From a virus, in the IMG/VR virus record IMGVR_UViG_3300035232_000745: a DNA stretch of 64,000 nt; one strand, 5' to 3'. The position numbers and the translations under genes were made by a program. Position 1 is the stretch's first letter, and each line of letters opens with the position of its first letter. Positions 46,628 through 56,202 of the stretch are shown here, piece by piece. A model generated the notes under the pieces. It saw nothing but the letters and a program-made list of their open reading frames with translations. It had not been told where the DNA came from and ran no database searches.

Positions 46628-49600
46628 TGGCTATTACAAAAAGAGGCGATAAAGGTTCATCGTTAACCTATCAAGAAATGGATGATAACTTCGAAGCTAT
46701 CGCACCTCGAACATCTTCAGATGGCGCAATCCAAATTCCCTCTGGTGGTACAGCACAGAGACCTTCTCCTGGTGCTGAAGGTCAATTACGATTTAATACA
46801 GCTTCAAAACTATTTGAAGGTTTTCAAGGTACAGTTTGGACGGGATTAGGATCAGGCGGCGGAGGCGGAGGTGGCGTGCCAGGATCGCAGGGTGTTCAAG
46901 GATTTACTGGCGCTGGAATTCAGGGTACTACTGGATTGGGCCTTCAAGGTGCCGCTGGTACAGATGGAGCAGATGCAGCTCAAGGAATTCAAGGATTTAC
47001 TGGTGAAGGTGTTCAAGGGCCTGCTGGTAGTTCTCAAGGTACTCAAGGATTATTAGGAGTTGGGCTTCAAGGTGCAGCCGGCACAATCGGTAATGATGGT
47101 CCTATAGGTCCAACTGGTATTCAAGGTTTACAAGGTTTTAAAGGCGATGACGGTGATGCAGGCGGTGACGGGCCTCAAGGAACAACAGGAATTGGTGTTC
47201 AGGGTTTACAAGGCCAAGCAGGCACTGTTCAAGGTTTGCAGGGTACAACGGGAATTGGTGTTGATGGTCAACCTGGCCAAACTGGTCCGCAAGGTACTAC
47301 TGGAACTGGTATTCAGGGCTTACAGGGTACAACAGGCGATACCGGTCCTTCTGGTTTTGGATCTCAAGGTATTCAAGGTGTTCAAGGGGATGTAGGCCAA
47401 GATGGTGTTGATGGCGGAGCTGGTACTCAAGGAACGATTGGTTTGCAGGGTATTCAAGGCGAAAATGGATTTCAAGGATTTCAGGGTATATTAGGTTTAC
47501 AAGGCCAAACAGGAGCAGGTAACCAAGGTACACAGGGTACAGAAGGTTTTGGTGGAACTGGTGCTCAAGGTTTACAAGGTTTTACTGGTGCTGGTACAGC
47601 TGGAATTGATGGAGATGACGGCCAAGATGGATCGCAAGGTACTCAAGGTTTCCAAGGGGCTGCAGGCCAAGATGGAGTAAGCGTTCAAGGCTTTACTGGT
47701 ACTCAAGGATTAACTGGAATAGGTGTTCAAGGACCAGCTGGTTCCGTTCAAGGTTTACAGGGCACTGAAGGTAATTCTACTCAAGGTACACAAGGTTTAA
47801 TCGGTGTAGGTGTTCAAGGCGCAGCTGGTTCCACTCAAGGTTTACAGGGTCTACAAGGAAACGACGCTCAACAGGGTGTACAAGGTATTGAAGGTAGCCT
47901 CGGTAATCAAGGCGATCGAGGTATTCAAGGCTTTACTGGTATAAACGGAACTAACGGTGTAGCAGGACCTCAAGGTACTCAGGGCGTGCAAGGTTTACAA
48001 GGTTTACAAGGCATAACCGGTATTGGTATTCAAGGTACTGCTGGAGAACTTCAGGGTGTACAAGGTTTACTCGGTACTTCAGGATCTACAGGCGCGCAAG
48101 GAATTCAGGGTTTAGACGGGCCAATTGGTGCTATATCAAATCTCGTAGAAGATACAACACCACAACTTGGTGGTGTTTTAGATTTAAACGGTTGGCAAAT
48201 TACTCACGCAGGAGACATCGTTCTTAATCCAACATCAACTAACGGTCATGTCGGTATTAGTAGCACTACAGCTACTGGCGGTAAAATTATGCTTAATCAT
48301 GATCAAACCGGAACTCCAGCAACATCAGCAACTAACCACTCATATATTACCGTTAATAGAGGAACAAGCACAGATGTTTCTATGCGTTGGAACGAAGTTG
48401 ATGATAAGTGGCAGTTTACTAACGACGGATCAACTTACTATGATTTTGTAACTGCAGATACCGATACCGGTATATTAAACGTTATTGAAGATACAACACC
48501 ACAGCTTGGCGGTGATTTAGACGTTAATTCTAATAAAATTACTGCGATTGGTACATATGGCGAAATACCAATAGAAGTTAATATCAACTCAGTTGCTACA
48601 GAAATCGTAAAATTTGGATATGATCCAGTTAATCCTACGACACCGGTCGCAGCTCGTTATGGTACAACATTTACAGATAAAGTGTGGATTGACGCAAATC
48701 AAAACCAACAATTCGATCTTTATGATGTTGTAACAGATACGGCAGATATAACAAGCGATGCTGGTATTTACATGAACTTCAAAGCAATTGATGGTACATC
48801 AAACGAACAAATAAGAGCTTCGCTTTATCACCAAAATGGTTCACTTAAAATAGAATCTTTTGATCAAGACGCTGCAAGTCCTATAACTAATTATCTTCAG
48901 CTCGTGTTAACCCCAACAATTTCAAATTCTGCCTTTAAACTTACGAGTGTTGTTAACTCAGTTGCAACCAATTACAATATCGTTTCAGAATATAACGCTG
49001 ATGCTATAATTGCGGCAAAGACAGATTACTTCTCTAATCCTATTAGATTTTATTCTCGAACAACTGCAGAAATAGCTGCTCTAACTGGTATGACAGATGG
49101 AGATATGGTTTGGAACTCAACTACAGATAAAATCAATACTTATGATGGTTCTGCTTGGGGTGAAGTCGGAGGCGGTGGTGGTGGTGCTGACCTTTACTCA
49201 GCTAACGAGTCTAGTCCTACAGCACAACCTAGTGCGACAGGCACAAATGCTATTGCTATAGGTGATAGTGCAATAAGTTCAAGCGCAGACGGAATTGCTA
49301 TTGGTCTTGGTGCTACTCACACAACAGTTCATGGTACTTCAAAAGCATTAGCCATTGGTGCTAATACAGTAGCAGACTATTATGGAACTGCTATCGGAGC
49401 AGGTACTCCGAGTGATAAAACTACAGCTTCTGGAAACTCATCTCTAGCTATAGGCTATACTGCCAAGTCAACAGGAACTTTAGCAACAGCAATTGGTAAA
49501 AGTCGAGCCTCTGGAGTATATAGCTTTGCGGCGAGTATAAATAACAATACCACAACTTATGGTGCAACAGGTACTACTAGCATTGCGATGGGTCAATTCG

Positions 49601-50193
49601 CAAAAGCTGGAAGCAGTGGTACAGCTATCGGAAGCGCATTTGCTTATGCTAATGGCTCTCAATCTGTAGCTATTGGACGTAATGTATATGCCAATCACCA
49701 ATCTTCTATGGCGTTAGGATATGGCTCAATATCTGATGTTCAAGGTAAATTTGTTTACGCAGGGTACACAAATGCTAGTAATGGCGACAGCCAGTTTGGT
49801 TTATGCACATTAAGGATTTCTACCACGGATGCTACAGAAACAACCATGAGAACTGCGAGTCCAACTTCTGGTGTTATAGCAACAACCCAAATGACTCTAC
49901 CAAATAACTCAGCTCACACATTCTCTGGTACAATAGTTGCAAGAGAAAAAGCATCTGAAGGTACAGATGTGGGTGCTTGGGAAGTCAAAGGTATCATACG
50001 AAGAGAAGCTACCGCAGGGACAACAGTTTTAGTTAACTCAGTTATCAACGAACTTAATGTTCCTACAGGGTGGGCAGTAGCTCTTACTGCTGACACTACA
50101 CTCGGATGCTTAAAACTTGCGGTTACAGGCGTAGCATCAACAAATATCAGGTGGGTAGCCACTATACAAACATCGGAGGTTACATACGCATAA
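46627..50193 (+). CDS. Tail fibre: collagen-like stalk plus YadA-head-like adhesin repeats
   Basis: N-terminal KGSSLT..EMDDNF; long Gly-X-Y (QG-rich) region; EDTTPQLGG.LD twice; AIAIG repeats. Confidence 0.85.
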   Translation: MAITKRGDKGSSLTYQEMDDNFEAIAPRTSSDGAIQIPSGGTAQRPSPGAEGQLRFNTASKLFEGFQGTVWTGLGSGGGGGGGVPGSQGVQGFTGAGIQGTTGLGLQGAAGTDGADAAQGIQGFTGEGVQGPAGSSQGTQGLLGVGLQGAAGTIGNDGPIGPTGIQGLQGFKGDDGDAGGDGPQGTTGIGVQGLQGQAGTVQGLQGTTGIGVDGQPGQTGPQGTTGTGIQGLQGTTGDTGPSGFGSQGIQGVQGDVGQDGVDGGAGTQGTIGLQGIQGENGFQGFQGILGLQGQTGAGNQGTQGTEGFGGTGAQGLQGFTGAGTAGIDGDDGQDGSQGTQGFQGAAGQDGVSVQGFTGTQGLTGIGVQGPAGSVQGLQGTEGNSTQGTQGLIGVGVQGAAGSTQGLQGLQGNDAQQGVQGIEGSLGNQGDRGIQGFTGINGTNGVAGPQGTQGVQGLQGLQGITGIGIQGTAGELQGVQGLLGTSGSTGAQGIQGLDGPIGAISNLVEDTTPQLGGVLDLNGWQITHAGDIVLNPTSTNGHVGISSTTATGGKIMLNHDQTGTPATSATNHSYITVNRGTSTDVSMRWNEVDDKWQFTNDGSTYYDFVTADTDTGILNVIEDTTPQLGGDLDVNSNKITAIGTYGEIPIEVNINSVATEIVKFGYDPVNPTTPVAARYGTTFTDKVWIDANQNQQFDLYDVVTDTADITSDAGIYMNFKAIDGTSNEQIRASLYHQNGSLKIESFDQDAASPITNYLQLVLTPTISNSAFKLTSVVNSVATNYNIVSEYNADAIIAAKTDYFSNPIRFYSRTTAEIAALTGMTDGDMVWNSTTDKINTYDGSAWGEVGGGGGGADLYSANESSPTAQPSATGTNAIAIGDSAISSSADGIAIGLGATHTTVHGTSKALAIGANTVADYYGTAIGAGTPSDKTTASGNSSLAIGYTAKSTGTLATAIGKSRASGVYSFAASINNNTTTYGATGTTSIAMGQFAKAGSSGTAIGSAFAYANGSQSVAIGRNVYANHQSSMALGYGSISDVQGKFVYAGYTNASNGDSQFGLCTLRISTTDATETTMRTASPTSGVIATTQMTLPNNSAHTFSGTIVAREKASEGTDVGAWEVKGIIRREATAGTTVLVNSVINELNVPTGWAVALTADTTLGCLKLAVTGVASTNIRWVATIQTSEVTYA
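46880..48125 (+). repeat. Collagen-like QGxQG coding repeats (caagg-rich)
   Basis: Degenerate 9-nt period; approximate bounds. Confidence 0.85.
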
Positions 50194-51524
50194 TGGGGTC
50201 AATTAACTTAAAACATACAGGTGCAGGTGGAGCAATTACTCTCAGCTCAGATGGAACAAGTTTACTTTTAGATGGTTCAGCTGTTGGTGGAGGTGGTGGT
50301 GATTTAATTGCTTCTACCTCTTTTCCATCAACAGGTTTTACTTTAACAAATTCAGATAAAGGTAAATACTACCACATGACAGGTAGTAACCAAACAGTAA
50401 CTTTACCTGCTAGTTCTGCTATTAGTGCAGGTTGGTATGTGTTTTTAAGCCTTGACAAAAATGCGGTTTATCGTTTAGATATAGCAGTTGCTTCAGGAGA
50501 TTCTTGGTATAATGGAGAAATTAGCACTTATTCTATATATTCAGGAAACACAGTACTAGTAGTTTATCGAGGCAGTGGAGAATGGGGGTTAATCGGAAAC
50601 GATTATTACATGGCTACTTCTGCTTATGGCAGTGGTAGTCGGCCTACTTCTAATGGTGCTAGGGCAGTAGCAATCGGTGCATCAGCGGTTGCTGTTGGAA
50701 ACTATACTTACGCCTTTGGTAAAGATTCATATGCTACGGGTCTGTATGCAACAGCTATGACCCGTTCACGTGCTAGTGCAGCTAGCGCCTTTGCAGCCGC
50801 TATTGATACAAATTCAAGCAGCTACGGTGCTAGTGGTGCTAATAGTATTGCGATAGGGAAAAATGCAAAAGCTACTACAGGTAATGCAGTAGCGATAGGG
50901 TCAAGAGCTACTGCATCTGCATCAGCTTCAATGTCTTTTTCTACGAGTTACGCTAATTATGGAAATGTTTCTTCTGCCGCTAATGCAATTACAATGGGAG
51001 ATGGCAATGCAGCTTCCGCTACATCAGCAATAGCTACTGGATATGGAGCTAATTCTGCCGTCCAAGGTAAACATGCTCATGCAAATGGAAGTTTTGGTGA
51101 TGGTAATGCGGAAGGAAGTGCGCAAAGAGGGACATTTGTACTAAGGTGTGATACTACAGATGCAACAGCAGAGGCACTGAGAACAAATACTGGTGCAGCT
51201 GCTACTGCCAATCAGATTACTTTACCTAACAACTCTTGTTATGGATTTACAGGCACAATAATTGCTCGTGAAGATAGCTCAAGCACAAACGACTTTGCTG
51301 TATGGGAAATTAAAGGTGGAGCAGTTAGAGCGGCTAGTGCTGCTACAACAGCACTTGGTACTTACAACATTAATAAGATTAGTGAAAGCGCAGGCGCAGC
51401 TAACTGGAGCATAGCTCTTTCAGCAGACACTACTAACGGTGCTGTCGCGATAACAGTAACTGGAGAAGCCTCTCACAATATTAGGTGGGTAGCAACAGTT
51501 AACACAACAGAGGTAATTTACTAA
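50193..51524 (+). CDS. Tail fibre/adhesin paralog 2
   Basis: AIG repeats; C-terminal domain shared with 46627; N-terminus shared with 51524. Confidence 0.75.
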   Translation: MGSINLKHTGAGGAITLSSDGTSLLLDGSAVGGGGGDLIASTSFPSTGFTLTNSDKGKYYHMTGSNQTVTLPASSAISAGWYVFLSLDKNAVYRLDIAVASGDSWYNGEISTYSIYSGNTVLVVYRGSGEWGLIGNDYYMATSAYGSGSRPTSNGARAVAIGASAVAVGNYTYAFGKDSYATGLYATAMTRSRASAASAFAAAIDTNSSSYGASGANSIAIGKNAKATTGNAVAIGSRATASASASMSFSTSYANYGNVSSAANAITMGDGNAASATSAIATGYGANSAVQGKHAHANGSFGDGNAEGSAQRGTFVLRCDTTDATAEALRTNTGAAATANQITLPNNSCYGFTGTIIAREDSSSTNDFAVWEIKGGAVRAASAATTALGTYNINKISESAGAANWSIALSADTTNGAVAITVTGEASHNIRWVATVNTTEVIY

Positions 51525-52579
51525 TGGGATCAATTAATTTAGACAACACAGGATCAGGCGGAGCAATAACCCTTAGTTCTGACGGAACAAGTTTACTTTT
51601 AGATGGGTCAGCTGTAGGCGGTGGTGGCGGAGGAGTAACTGGTTTTACATCAGCAGACAATACCTCAAGTCCAAACGACACCGTAAACATAGCCAGTTTA
51701 AGTGTAAATAGTAGTAGTACAAACGCAGGTGCAGCTATTGTTACTAAAGGAACTGGTGCATTTATGTTGGGAATTCCAGACAGTGGAACAACTGGAGGAA
51801 ATGTTAGAGGTGCTAGTGCTGTTGATTTAGGAATATATAGAACGAATGCAATCCAAGTAGCGTCAGGTACAGAATCTATACTACTAGGTAATCGCATGAG
51901 AGCAAGCGGAACAGAAGCAATTGCTATAGGAAAAAATAGCTATGCAAACGGGACTAGATCAATGGCCATTGGTTATGATTCTAATACCTCTTCTTCCGAT
52001 AGCATTAATATGATGGCTGGCGGGTCTGGCATGCCAGGTCAATACGGTATTGTGATAGGACCAGGTAGCAAGTCTGGGAGTAGAGGATGCAGTGTAAATA
52101 GAGGACGAGCTACAACCAGTCACGCTTTTGCTAGAGGCGGCTATGCTCAAGCATTACAGACAGCATATTGTGAGTATTGGGGCAAAACAACAGATGCGAC
52201 TACTGCCACAATATCCTCAGAAGGACTTAACCAAAGCGATACTCAAGCCCATTACTTATCAATGGTTCCAGACGGGTTGTATTTTTATCAGCAACAATTT
52301 TGTTATATGTCAGCTAAAGTTATAGCAAATGATGATACAAATAGCTTACTAAGAGTATGGGAATTAAGCGCTGCTTTTAGAATTGCTGATGACGGTACTG
52401 TGACACAAGTAGGAACAACTACGAAAACTGTAATACACAGTGAAGGATCAGCACTTAATACAACAGACATTGATACTTCAATTACAAATCAATATCTTAA
52501 ATTAGATGTAACTGGAGTTGCATCAACCAATATTCACTGGACAGCGTGGATTAAACTTCATATGAATAGGTACGCATAA
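51524..52579 (+). CDS. Tail fibre/adhesin paralog 3
   Basis: Same MGSINL...DGSAVGGGGG N-terminus; diverged C-terminal domain. Confidence 0.75.
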   Translation: MGSINLDNTGSGGAITLSSDGTSLLLDGSAVGGGGGGVTGFTSADNTSSPNDTVNIASLSVNSSSTNAGAAIVTKGTGAFMLGIPDSGTTGGNVRGASAVDLGIYRTNAIQVASGTESILLGNRMRASGTEAIAIGKNSYANGTRSMAIGYDSNTSSSDSINMMAGGSGMPGQYGIVIGPGSKSGSRGCSVNRGRATTSHAFARGGYAQALQTAYCEYWGKTTDATTATISSEGLNQSDTQAHYLSMVPDGLYFYQQQFCYMSAKVIANDDTNSLLRVWELSAAFRIADDGTVTQVGTTTKTVIHSEGSALNTTDIDTSITNQYLKLDVTGVASTNIHWTAWIKLHMNRYA

Positions 52580-52860
52580 TGGCACTACAAAAAGAATTAA
52601 CCGCAGATGAAACAAATGTCGGAATGGCGGCTTCCGAAGCTTACTTAAAAATTGCAAGCTTATCTGTAATTGAAAATTTTGTAACTATAAATGTTGATGG
52701 ATACGGTTCGGCTGCGGCTAGGACAAATAACTCGCATCCGATATTTCATCATCAATATCACGCAGAATTACCAACAATAACAGGTACTGGAAACTTAATA
52801 GAAATATGCTATGCATATTTAAAAACACTAGACGATTTTTCTAGTGCAACAGACTTATAA
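52579..52860 (+). CDS. Putative tail-fibre assembly protein
   Basis: MAL...AYLKI...CYAYLK; paralog of the next gene. Confidence 0.55.
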   Translation: MALQKELTADETNVGMAASEAYLKIASLSVIENFVTINVDGYGSAAARTNNSHPIFHHQYHAELPTITGTGNLIEICYAYLKTLDDFSSATDL

Positions 52861-52874
52861 GGAAAATAAAAAAA

Positions 52875-53168
52875 ATGGCAATTCAAATAGATTTGGCAAC
52901 AAGCCAATACGGAACAGGATTTGACGCTGCATACTTCAGAATAGTTTCAGCGAACATTCAAAGAAACTTAGGTAATGAATTTTCGGTTATGATAGACTGT
53001 TCAGGATATGCAACTGCAACACCAACAGACGACACACATCCCATTGACTTTAAAAGATACGATGCACCTCTAGCTACAATAGAAGGAACTGCTGGTGATG
53101 ATTTTTTATCAAAGTGTTATACTTGGGTAATGGCTCAAAGTGACATGAGTGGATCAACAGCAGTATAA
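52875..53168 (+). CDS. Putative tail-fibre assembly protein
   Basis: MAIQ...AYFRI...CYTWV. Confidence 0.55.
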   Translation: MAIQIDLATSQYGTGFDAAYFRIVSANIQRNLGNEFSVMIDCSGYATATPTDDTHPIDFKRYDAPLATIEGTAGDDFLSKCYTWVMAQSDMSGSTAV

Positions 53169-53172
53169 AAAA

Positions 53173-53202
53173 GTTTACATTTCTAAAAATGTGTAGTATA
53201 AT
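53173..53202 (+). promoter_or_regulatory. Promoter GTTTACA-N17-TATAAT (no GANTC)
   Basis: Seen directly. Confidence 0.75.
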
Positions 53203-53232
53203 ATAAACTGAAGAAATAGACAAGGTTATATT

Positions 53233-53901
53233 ATGTTTACACATGTAGATCACGGCATAGTTTTGCCGAAACTTACAAGAAAAAGTACTGAAGCAGGACG
53301 TAGATATTTTACACCAGACGGGAATGCCTATCCATCAATTACTACAGTTTTAGGTATATTGAGTAAGCAAGGTATTCTCGAATGGCGTAAACGCGTAGGA
53401 GAAGAAGAGGCAAATAAGATCTCTACTCAAGCTGCGACACGAGGAACAGCCGTCCATAAACTGGCTGAAGATTATATCGATAATGTAGAGGAATGGTCAG
53501 AAGGTGCAATGCCTTCAAACATTGCTTCGTTCAATGATATCAAAAAAATAGTAGACGAACGTTTAGATAACGTTTGGATGCAAGAAGAATTTCTCTACAG
53601 CGATCGGTTAAAATGTGCAGGTCAAGTAGATTGTATTGCAGAGTTTGATGGTCAACTTTCTATTGTTGATTTTAAAACCTCTCGCAAACCCAAGAAAGAA
53701 GAATGGATTACTAGCTATTTTATCCAAGCTTCGTTTTATGCTGCAGCTTTCTATGAAAGAACAGGCATACCGATTAAACAAGGTGTGATTTTGATTACAG
53801 TAGATGGATCAGAAGCGCAAGTGTTTAAAGTAAATACTTACGACTATTTAGAACACTTTCTAAAAGTACGCAAACAATATAAAATTGAAAAAGGAATATA
53901 G
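53233..53901 (+). CDS. PD-(D/E)XK exonuclease
   Basis: YPSITTVL, RGTAVH, AGQVDCI, IVDFKTS, Q...Y. Confidence 0.88.
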   Translation: MFTHVDHGIVLPKLTRKSTEAGRRYFTPDGNAYPSITTVLGILSKQGILEWRKRVGEEEANKISTQAATRGTAVHKLAEDYIDNVEEWSEGAMPSNIASFNDIKKIVDERLDNVWMQEEFLYSDRLKCAGQVDCIAEFDGQLSIVDFKTSRKPKKEEWITSYFIQASFYAAAFYERTGIPIKQGVILITVDGSEAQVFKVNTYDYLEHFLKVRKQYKIEKGI

Positions 53902-53902
53902 C

Positions 53903-54127
53903 ATGAAAGAACAACTAATCAAAGCAGCACGTATGCACGCAGAAGGTGAGCTAGAACGTGCAAAAACTAATATCTTGGTTTATATGAACCATTCTGTTGG
54001 TATCGGAGAGCATTCTGATATCGTAGAAGCTATTCAAGAAGAACTTGATAAAATGGCTATGGCAACAGATCGTATCGATATGCTAAATAGACATTTTGCT
54101 GAACCTATAGAAATTAGAGTAGTTTAA
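53903..54127 (+). CDS. Conserved hypothetical protein
   Basis: VGIGEHSDIVEAI. Confidence 0.65.
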   Translation: MKEQLIKAARMHAEGELERAKTNILVYMNHSVGIGEHSDIVEAIQEELDKMAMATDRIDMLNRHFAEPIEIRVV

Positions 54128-54128
54128 G

Positions 54129-54167
54129 GTTTACATTTCGTTCAGAAGAGAGTAATCTGATTCTATA
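54129..54167 (+). promoter_or_regulatory. Early promoter GTTTACA-N17-TAATCT-GATTC
   Basis: Repeated promoter family. Confidence 0.8.
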
Positions 54168-54186
54168 AGCTAAAAAAGGAATCAAA

Positions 54187-54426
54187 ATGGCTCATTTTAC
54201 AATAGAACTTGATATCTCTTCTGAACCATCACACCGCGAAGTCAAAGAATTTGCTCGAGAAAATAACTGTGTCGCACTCCTAATGATGGAATATGGGCCA
54301 GCAGGAGGAAATCCTCTATATCAATTCTCTTCAACTTCTCGCGAATCTATTCTAGAACTAATCAAAAAAGTATTCGGCGAAGATATTGACATCGATCAAT
54401 ATAATGAAGAAATATTCGAAACTTAA
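54187..54426 (+). CDS. Early hypothetical protein (GPAGGNP)
   Basis: AAGGA RBS after the promoter. Confidence 0.6.
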   Translation: MAHFTIELDISSEPSHREVKEFARENNCVALLMMEYGPAGGNPLYQFSSTSRESILELIKKVFGEDIDIDQYNEEIFET

Positions 54427-54436
54427 TTGACATTTT

Positions 54437-54474
54437 AATTCCGATACGATAGAATCATTGTATCGGAATTTTTC
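54437..54474 (+). terminator. Stem-loop terminator overlapping the -10 of a TTGACA promoter
   Basis: aattccgatacgat / attgtatcggaatt followed by a T-run. Confidence 0.65.
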
Positions 54475-54491
54475 TTTGAAAGGAATATACT

Positions 54492-54656
54492 ATGGTTGAC
54501 TTGATTAAAGATATCGAAGTTCTACAGAACGCTATTATAGCTTTTGATGAAGGTGCTTCAGATGAAAAACGTGCAGCTCTTCATGCACTTCGTAAAATGC
54601 TAGTTTCAAAGTCTAATGAAGTTGAGCAATTCGAAGCAGAAATGTGTGTAGAATAA
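54492..54656 (+). CDS. 54-aa hypothetical protein (not in ORF track)
   Basis: AAGGA RBS; EGASDEKRAA. Confidence 0.5.
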   Translation: MVDLIKDIEVLQNAIIAFDEGASDEKRAALHALRKMLVSKSNEVEQFEAEMCVE

Positions 54657-54679
54657 TTTCATTTTATTTCAAATAGGCT

Positions 54680-54718
54680 GTTTACATAGCAGTCTATTTG
54701 TCTTATATTGATTCTATA
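54680..54718 (+). promoter_or_regulatory. Early promoter GTTTACA-N17-TATATT-GATTC
   Basis: Repeated promoter family. Confidence 0.8.
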
Positions 54719-54739
54719 AACACACACGGAGAAATAAAA

Positions 54740-55078
54740 ATGACACAGTTCGATAAATCAAAATTCAGCTTCCACGGCGGATACTTAACATACACTGGCA
54801 ACTATGTCGGTCGTCCAGTTTATGAAAATAAGCCAAACATTCACCCTTCAAATGTCGGTCGCGGTATTGATCTTTTCATCGCTCGCTTTAAGTATAGCGG
54901 AACTCCAATCACTAAAGCAAAATTCGTTAAAGAGTTAGTTAAAAACTTCACTGTTGAAGAGTATGTAGAAGCTCGTAACGGTCATGAAGTTGCACCAACA
55001 AGAGTTCTTGATAACAAAAACCCTGGTTGGTCAGAAGGTATTGTAAATGCTTGGAGAGAAAAGCGGGGTATGAAATAA
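54740..55078 (+). CDS. Early hypothetical protein
   Basis: GGAG RBS; FHGGYLTY...FIARFKY. Confidence 0.65.
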   Translation: MTQFDKSKFSFHGGYLTYTGNYVGRPVYENKPNIHPSNVGRGIDLFIARFKYSGTPITKAKFVKELVKNFTVEEYVEARNGHEVAPTRVLDNKNPGWSEGIVNAWREKRGMK

Positions 55079-55220
55079 TGAGTAATATCGGAAATTACGT
55101 TGTCGAAATGCAAGAAAACGCAACTGAATTAACTTATGAAGAATTTATCTCTCAGTACGGGCCTGCAAGCGCTCGTATCTGGGAAGATGAAAACGAAGAA
55201 TTTCTTATGGAGATAGTAGA

Positions 55221-55793
55221 TTGAATATTTTTATTCTATCAGAAGAGCCGCGTGAAGCGGCTCGAATGATGTGTGACAAGCATATTAATAAGATGATTAT
55301 AGAAGCCGCACAAATGCTGTGTACAGCCCACAGAATGCTAGATGGTCAAGTTGAACGTCGTGCATCAAAGAGTGGGAAGCGCATGGTGAACTACTGGGTG
55401 CATCCCAATAGCAACCTAGAAGCAACGCTGTATAAAGCTGTGCATCATCACCATCCCTGTACTGTTTGGACAATGGAAACAAAATCTAATTATATTTGGC
55501 ATTATGAGCATATGGTTGGTTTGACAGATGAGTTCGAGCATAGATATGGCAAGGAACATATGACTAAATTAAAATTAATCGATACTCTTAAACACGCGCC
55601 TGATAATATTAAAGATTCTGGTTTGACACCTTTTGCTCAGGCAATGAGTCATTATCCAGACTGTAAAGTCGAAGGAGATGCAGTATCAGCTTATCGTAAT
55701 TACTACCATGCTGCAAAAGATTTTGCGATTTGGAATAAAGGTAGACCAGCACCATCTTGGTGGCAAGGTTATAAAGGGGAATCATGGGCATAA
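55221..55793 (+). CDS. Pyrimidine-dimer DNA glycosylase (DenV)-like family protein
   Basis: MNIF.L...CDKH..KMI.E.AQML...HHPCT.W...AYRNYY. Confidence 0.75.
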   Translation: MNIFILSEEPREAARMMCDKHINKMIIEAAQMLCTAHRMLDGQVERRASKSGKRMVNYWVHPNSNLEATLYKAVHHHHPCTVWTMETKSNYIWHYEHMVGLTDEFEHRYGKEHMTKLKLIDTLKHAPDNIKDSGLTPFAQAMSHYPDCKVEGDAVSAYRNYYHAAKDFAIWNKGRPAPSWWQGYKGESWA

Positions 55794-56113
55794 GATATAT
55801 AATAGCAGATCCTAATGAAGGTGTGTTTTTAGGAACGCGTTCCGACGTCGATAGAGAAGGAGTCGGAATGCTTTTTTCTGCTTATAACTTTTTAGAATTA
55901 ACAAAGGCGGTTTCTTGGTCTAGTAGAAAAGAAGCTTTTGCATATATGAATCGATACATAAGACCAAACTTAAGAGAAAGTTTTGTTGCTGAAATCGTTA
56001 CTGACTCTAAATCTGACTTTGTATCGACTTTCGATATATGCAGATCTGGTTATGGAGATATCGCAACTGAAATGATAGATGCGATCCACATGCCAAACGT
56101 AAGTATTCATTAA
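55784..56113 (+). CDS. Hypothetical protein
   Basis: Coupled ORF. Confidence 0.55.
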   Translation: MGIRYIIADPNEGVFLGTRSDVDREGVGMLFSAYNFLELTKAVSWSSRKEAFAYMNRYIRPNLRESFVAEIVTDSKSDFVSTFDICRSGYGDIATEMIDAIHMPNVSIH

Positions 56114-56136
56114 AACGAAATTAAATCAAATTAAAC

Positions 56137-56166
56137 GTTTACAACAGAATAGAATCAGGGTAGATT
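56137..56166 (+). promoter_or_regulatory. Early promoter GTTTACA-N17-TAGATT with GAATC in the spacer
   Basis: Repeated promoter family. Confidence 0.8.
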
Positions 56167-56202
56167 AGTCTTATCGAAACTTAAAAATATAGGATGTTTA
56201 AA

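Noticed and set aside
46880-48125. Dense caagg repeats as a CRISPR array or DGR repeat
   Set aside because: They are degenerate, in frame and encode collagen-like Gly-X-Y. There is no fixed repeat-spacer structure and no reverse transcriptase in the window.
53233-53901. Cas4-like nuclease as part of a CRISPR system
   Set aside because: No Fe-S cysteine set, no cas genes and no array; this is the usual T4-like PD-(D/E)XK exonuclease.
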